Below are positions 58,818-64,000 of a stretch of 64,000 nucleotides of DNA, one piece after another. The notes under the pieces were generated by a model that saw nothing but the letters and a program-made list of their open reading frames with translations, searched no databases and was not told the origin of the DNA. The DNA comes from the human T2T-CHM13v2.0 reference genome, Homo sapiens. How positions within the stretch are numbered: the stretch's first letter is position 1; every line of letters starts with the position of its first letter. Made by a program: the position numbers and the translations under genes. The DNA is taken from assembly GCF_009914755.1 (NCBI RefSeq), contig NC_060925.1. One strand, 5' to 3'.

Positions 58818-59338
58818 AAAGTCTCACTTCTTAATAACATACCAATGGGGATTAAGTTTCCAATGCATGGTTTTGGAAGGACACATTCAAACCGTAGCAC
58901 AACATATTAATTATGAGATACAACTCGAGCACTGCTTAACAGCTTTAAATGTCTACATTAGGAAAAATAAAAAAATCAATAACCTGCCACTGTGAAAATA
59001 GTTTGTCAGTTGCTAAAAAAAGTAAACAGAATTAGCATATGACTTATCAGTTTCAATCATAGGTATATGCTCAAGAAAATTAAAAACATACCTTTACACA
59101 AAAACTTGAACATGAGTGTTCATAGCAGCATTTTTCGCAATAGTAGAAAGGAGAAAGAAAATAATAAAGATTAGTGTGAAAATCAATAAAGCAGAAAACA
59201 GAAAAACAGTAGAATAAATCAGTGATACCAATAATTTTTTAATGATCAAAAAACATGAGAATCCTTTTGCTAGAGAGACCATGACAAAAATAAAGAAGAC
59301 ACAAATTATCAAATTTTTAAATATTAAATGGAAGAGGA

Positions 59339-59470
59339 GGTCAGGCATGGTGGCTCATGCTTGTAGTCCCAGCTACTCAGGAAGCAGAGGCAGGAGGATC
59401 ATTTAAGCCCAGGAGTTCAAGACCAGCCTGGGCAACATAGCAAGACCCTATCATTATTTTTTTTAAAAAA
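59339..59470 (+). mobile_element. Free left Alu monomer (FLAM-type)
   Basis: Single monomer 'ggtcaggcatggtggctcatgc...gcccaggagttcaagaccagcctgggcaacatagcaagaccc'; degenerate TSD aaatggaagagga / aaatgaaaaagaa. Confidence 0.82.
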
Positions 59471-59991
59471 ATTAAAAAATGAAAAAGAAGACAGGACTAC
59501 ACAACTGAAAAATTTTAAAAGAATTGTAAGAGAAGGTTATGAAAACTATATTTCAACAACTTAAGACAACTTTGATGAACTGTATTTCCTTAAAGAAAAA
59601 ATTTATAGAGTGGGAGGAGCTGAGATGGCCGAATAGGAACAGCTCCAGTCTACAGCTCCCAGCATGAGCAACGCAGAAGATGGGTGATTTCTGCATTTCC
59701 ATCTGAGCTTTGAAGAGAGCACTGGTTCTCCCATCACGCAGCTGGAGATCTGAGAACGGGCAGACTGCCTCCTCAAGTGGGTCCCTGACCCCTGACCCCC
59801 GAGCAGCCTAACTGGGAGGCACCCCCCAGCAGGGGCACACTGACACCTCACACGGCCGGGTACTCCAACAGACCTGCAGCTGAGGGTCCTGTCTGTTAGA
59901 AGGAAAACTAACAAACAGAAAGGACATCCACACCAAAAACTCATCTGTACATCACCATCATCAAAGACCAAAAGTAGATAAAACCACAAAG

Positions 59992-60999
59992 ATAGGGAAA
60001 AAACAGAGCAGAAAAACTGGAAACTCTAAAAAGCAGAGCACCTCTCCTCCTCCAAAGGAACGCAGTTCCTCACCAGCAACGGAACAAAGCTGGATGGAGA
60101 ATGACTTTGACGAGCTGAGAGAAGAAGGCTTCAGACGATCAAATTACTCCGAGCTACGGGAGGAAACTCAAACCAAAGGCAAAGAAGTTGAAAACTTTGA
60201 AAAAAGTTTAGAAGAATGTATAACTAGAATAACCAATACAGAGAAGTGCTTAAAGGAGCTGATGGAGCTGAAAACCAAGGCTCGAGAACTACGTGAAGAA
60301 TGCAGAAGCCTCAGGAGCCCATGCGATCAACTGGAAGAAAGGGTATCAGCGATGGAAGATGAAATGAATGAAATGAAGTGAGAAGGGAAGTTTAGAGAAA
60401 AAAGAATAAAAAGAAACGAGCAAAGCCTCCAAGAAATATGGGACTATGTGAAAAGACCAAATCTACGTCTGATTGGTGTACCTGAAAGTGACGGGGAGAA
60501 TGGAACAAGTTGGAAAACACTCTGCAGGATATTATCCAGGAGAACTTCCTCAATCTCACAAGGCAGGCCAACACTCAGATTCAGGAAATACAGAGAACGC
60601 CACAAAGATACTCCTCGAGAAGAGCAACTCCAAGACACATAATTCACCAAAGTTGAAATGAAGGAAAAAATGTTAAGGGCAGCCAGAGAGAAAGGTTGGG
60701 TTACCCACAAAGGGAAGCCCATCAGACTAACAGCAGATCTCTCGGCAGAAACTCTACAAGCCAGAAGAGAGTGGGGGCCAATATTCAACATTCTTAAAGA
60801 AAAGAATTTTCCACCCAGAATTTCATATCCAGCCAAACTAAGCTTCATAAGTGAAGGAGAAATAAAATACTTTACAGACAAGCAAATGCTGAGAGATTTG
60901 GTCACCACCAGGCCTGCCCTAAAAGAGCTCCTGAAGGAAGCACTAAACATGGAAAGGAACAACCGGTACCAGCTGCTGCAAAATCATGCCAAAATGTAA
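59992..60999 (+). pseudogene. ORF1: Disrupted ORF1 of the SpIRE
   Basis: Start ATG>ATA (59992-94), CGA>TGA stop (60379-81), 1-bp deletion at about 60506, 8-bp deletion at about 60644 relative to the neighbour. Confidence 0.93.
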
Positions 61000-61047
61000 A
61001 GACCATCGAGACTAGGAAGAAACTGCATCAACTAACGAGCAAAATAA

Positions 61048-64000
<2,953 letters not shown>

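Overview
Human non-coding DNA (human-specific AluYb8 and pre-Ta L1HS are present), AT-rich and dominated by transposable elements. I could not support any host-gene exon, RNA gene or CRISPR-like array. Bases 1-49 kb are an ordinary mosaic of old LINE (L1M, L2, L3/CR1), SINE (Alu, MIR), LTR (THE1, MST, MLT1, LTR16, ERV1) and DNA-transposon (MER2, MER20, MER5A, Tigger2) relics. The interesting part is 49-64 kb. An old L1M holds an MST solo LTR, which holds a full-length pre-Ta L1HS (- strand, intact ORF0/ORF1/ORF2, 15-bp TSD) carrying a 78-bp 3' transduction between two poly(A) tails. About 800 bp away, head-to-head, sits an L1PA2/3 copy (+ strand) made from a spliced RNA: it lacks exactly the 524-nt 5'UTR intron (SpIRE97/622). 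The two inverted neighbours share three non-CpG substitutions that differ from the L1 consensus as I recall it, suggesting local gene conversion or an assembly artefact. The L1HS antisense promoter/ORF0 points into the promoter-deleted copy. These are unusual combinations of known retrotransposon phenomena; I cannot support a wholly new biological system. Subfamily names come from recalled consensus sequences, not a database search.
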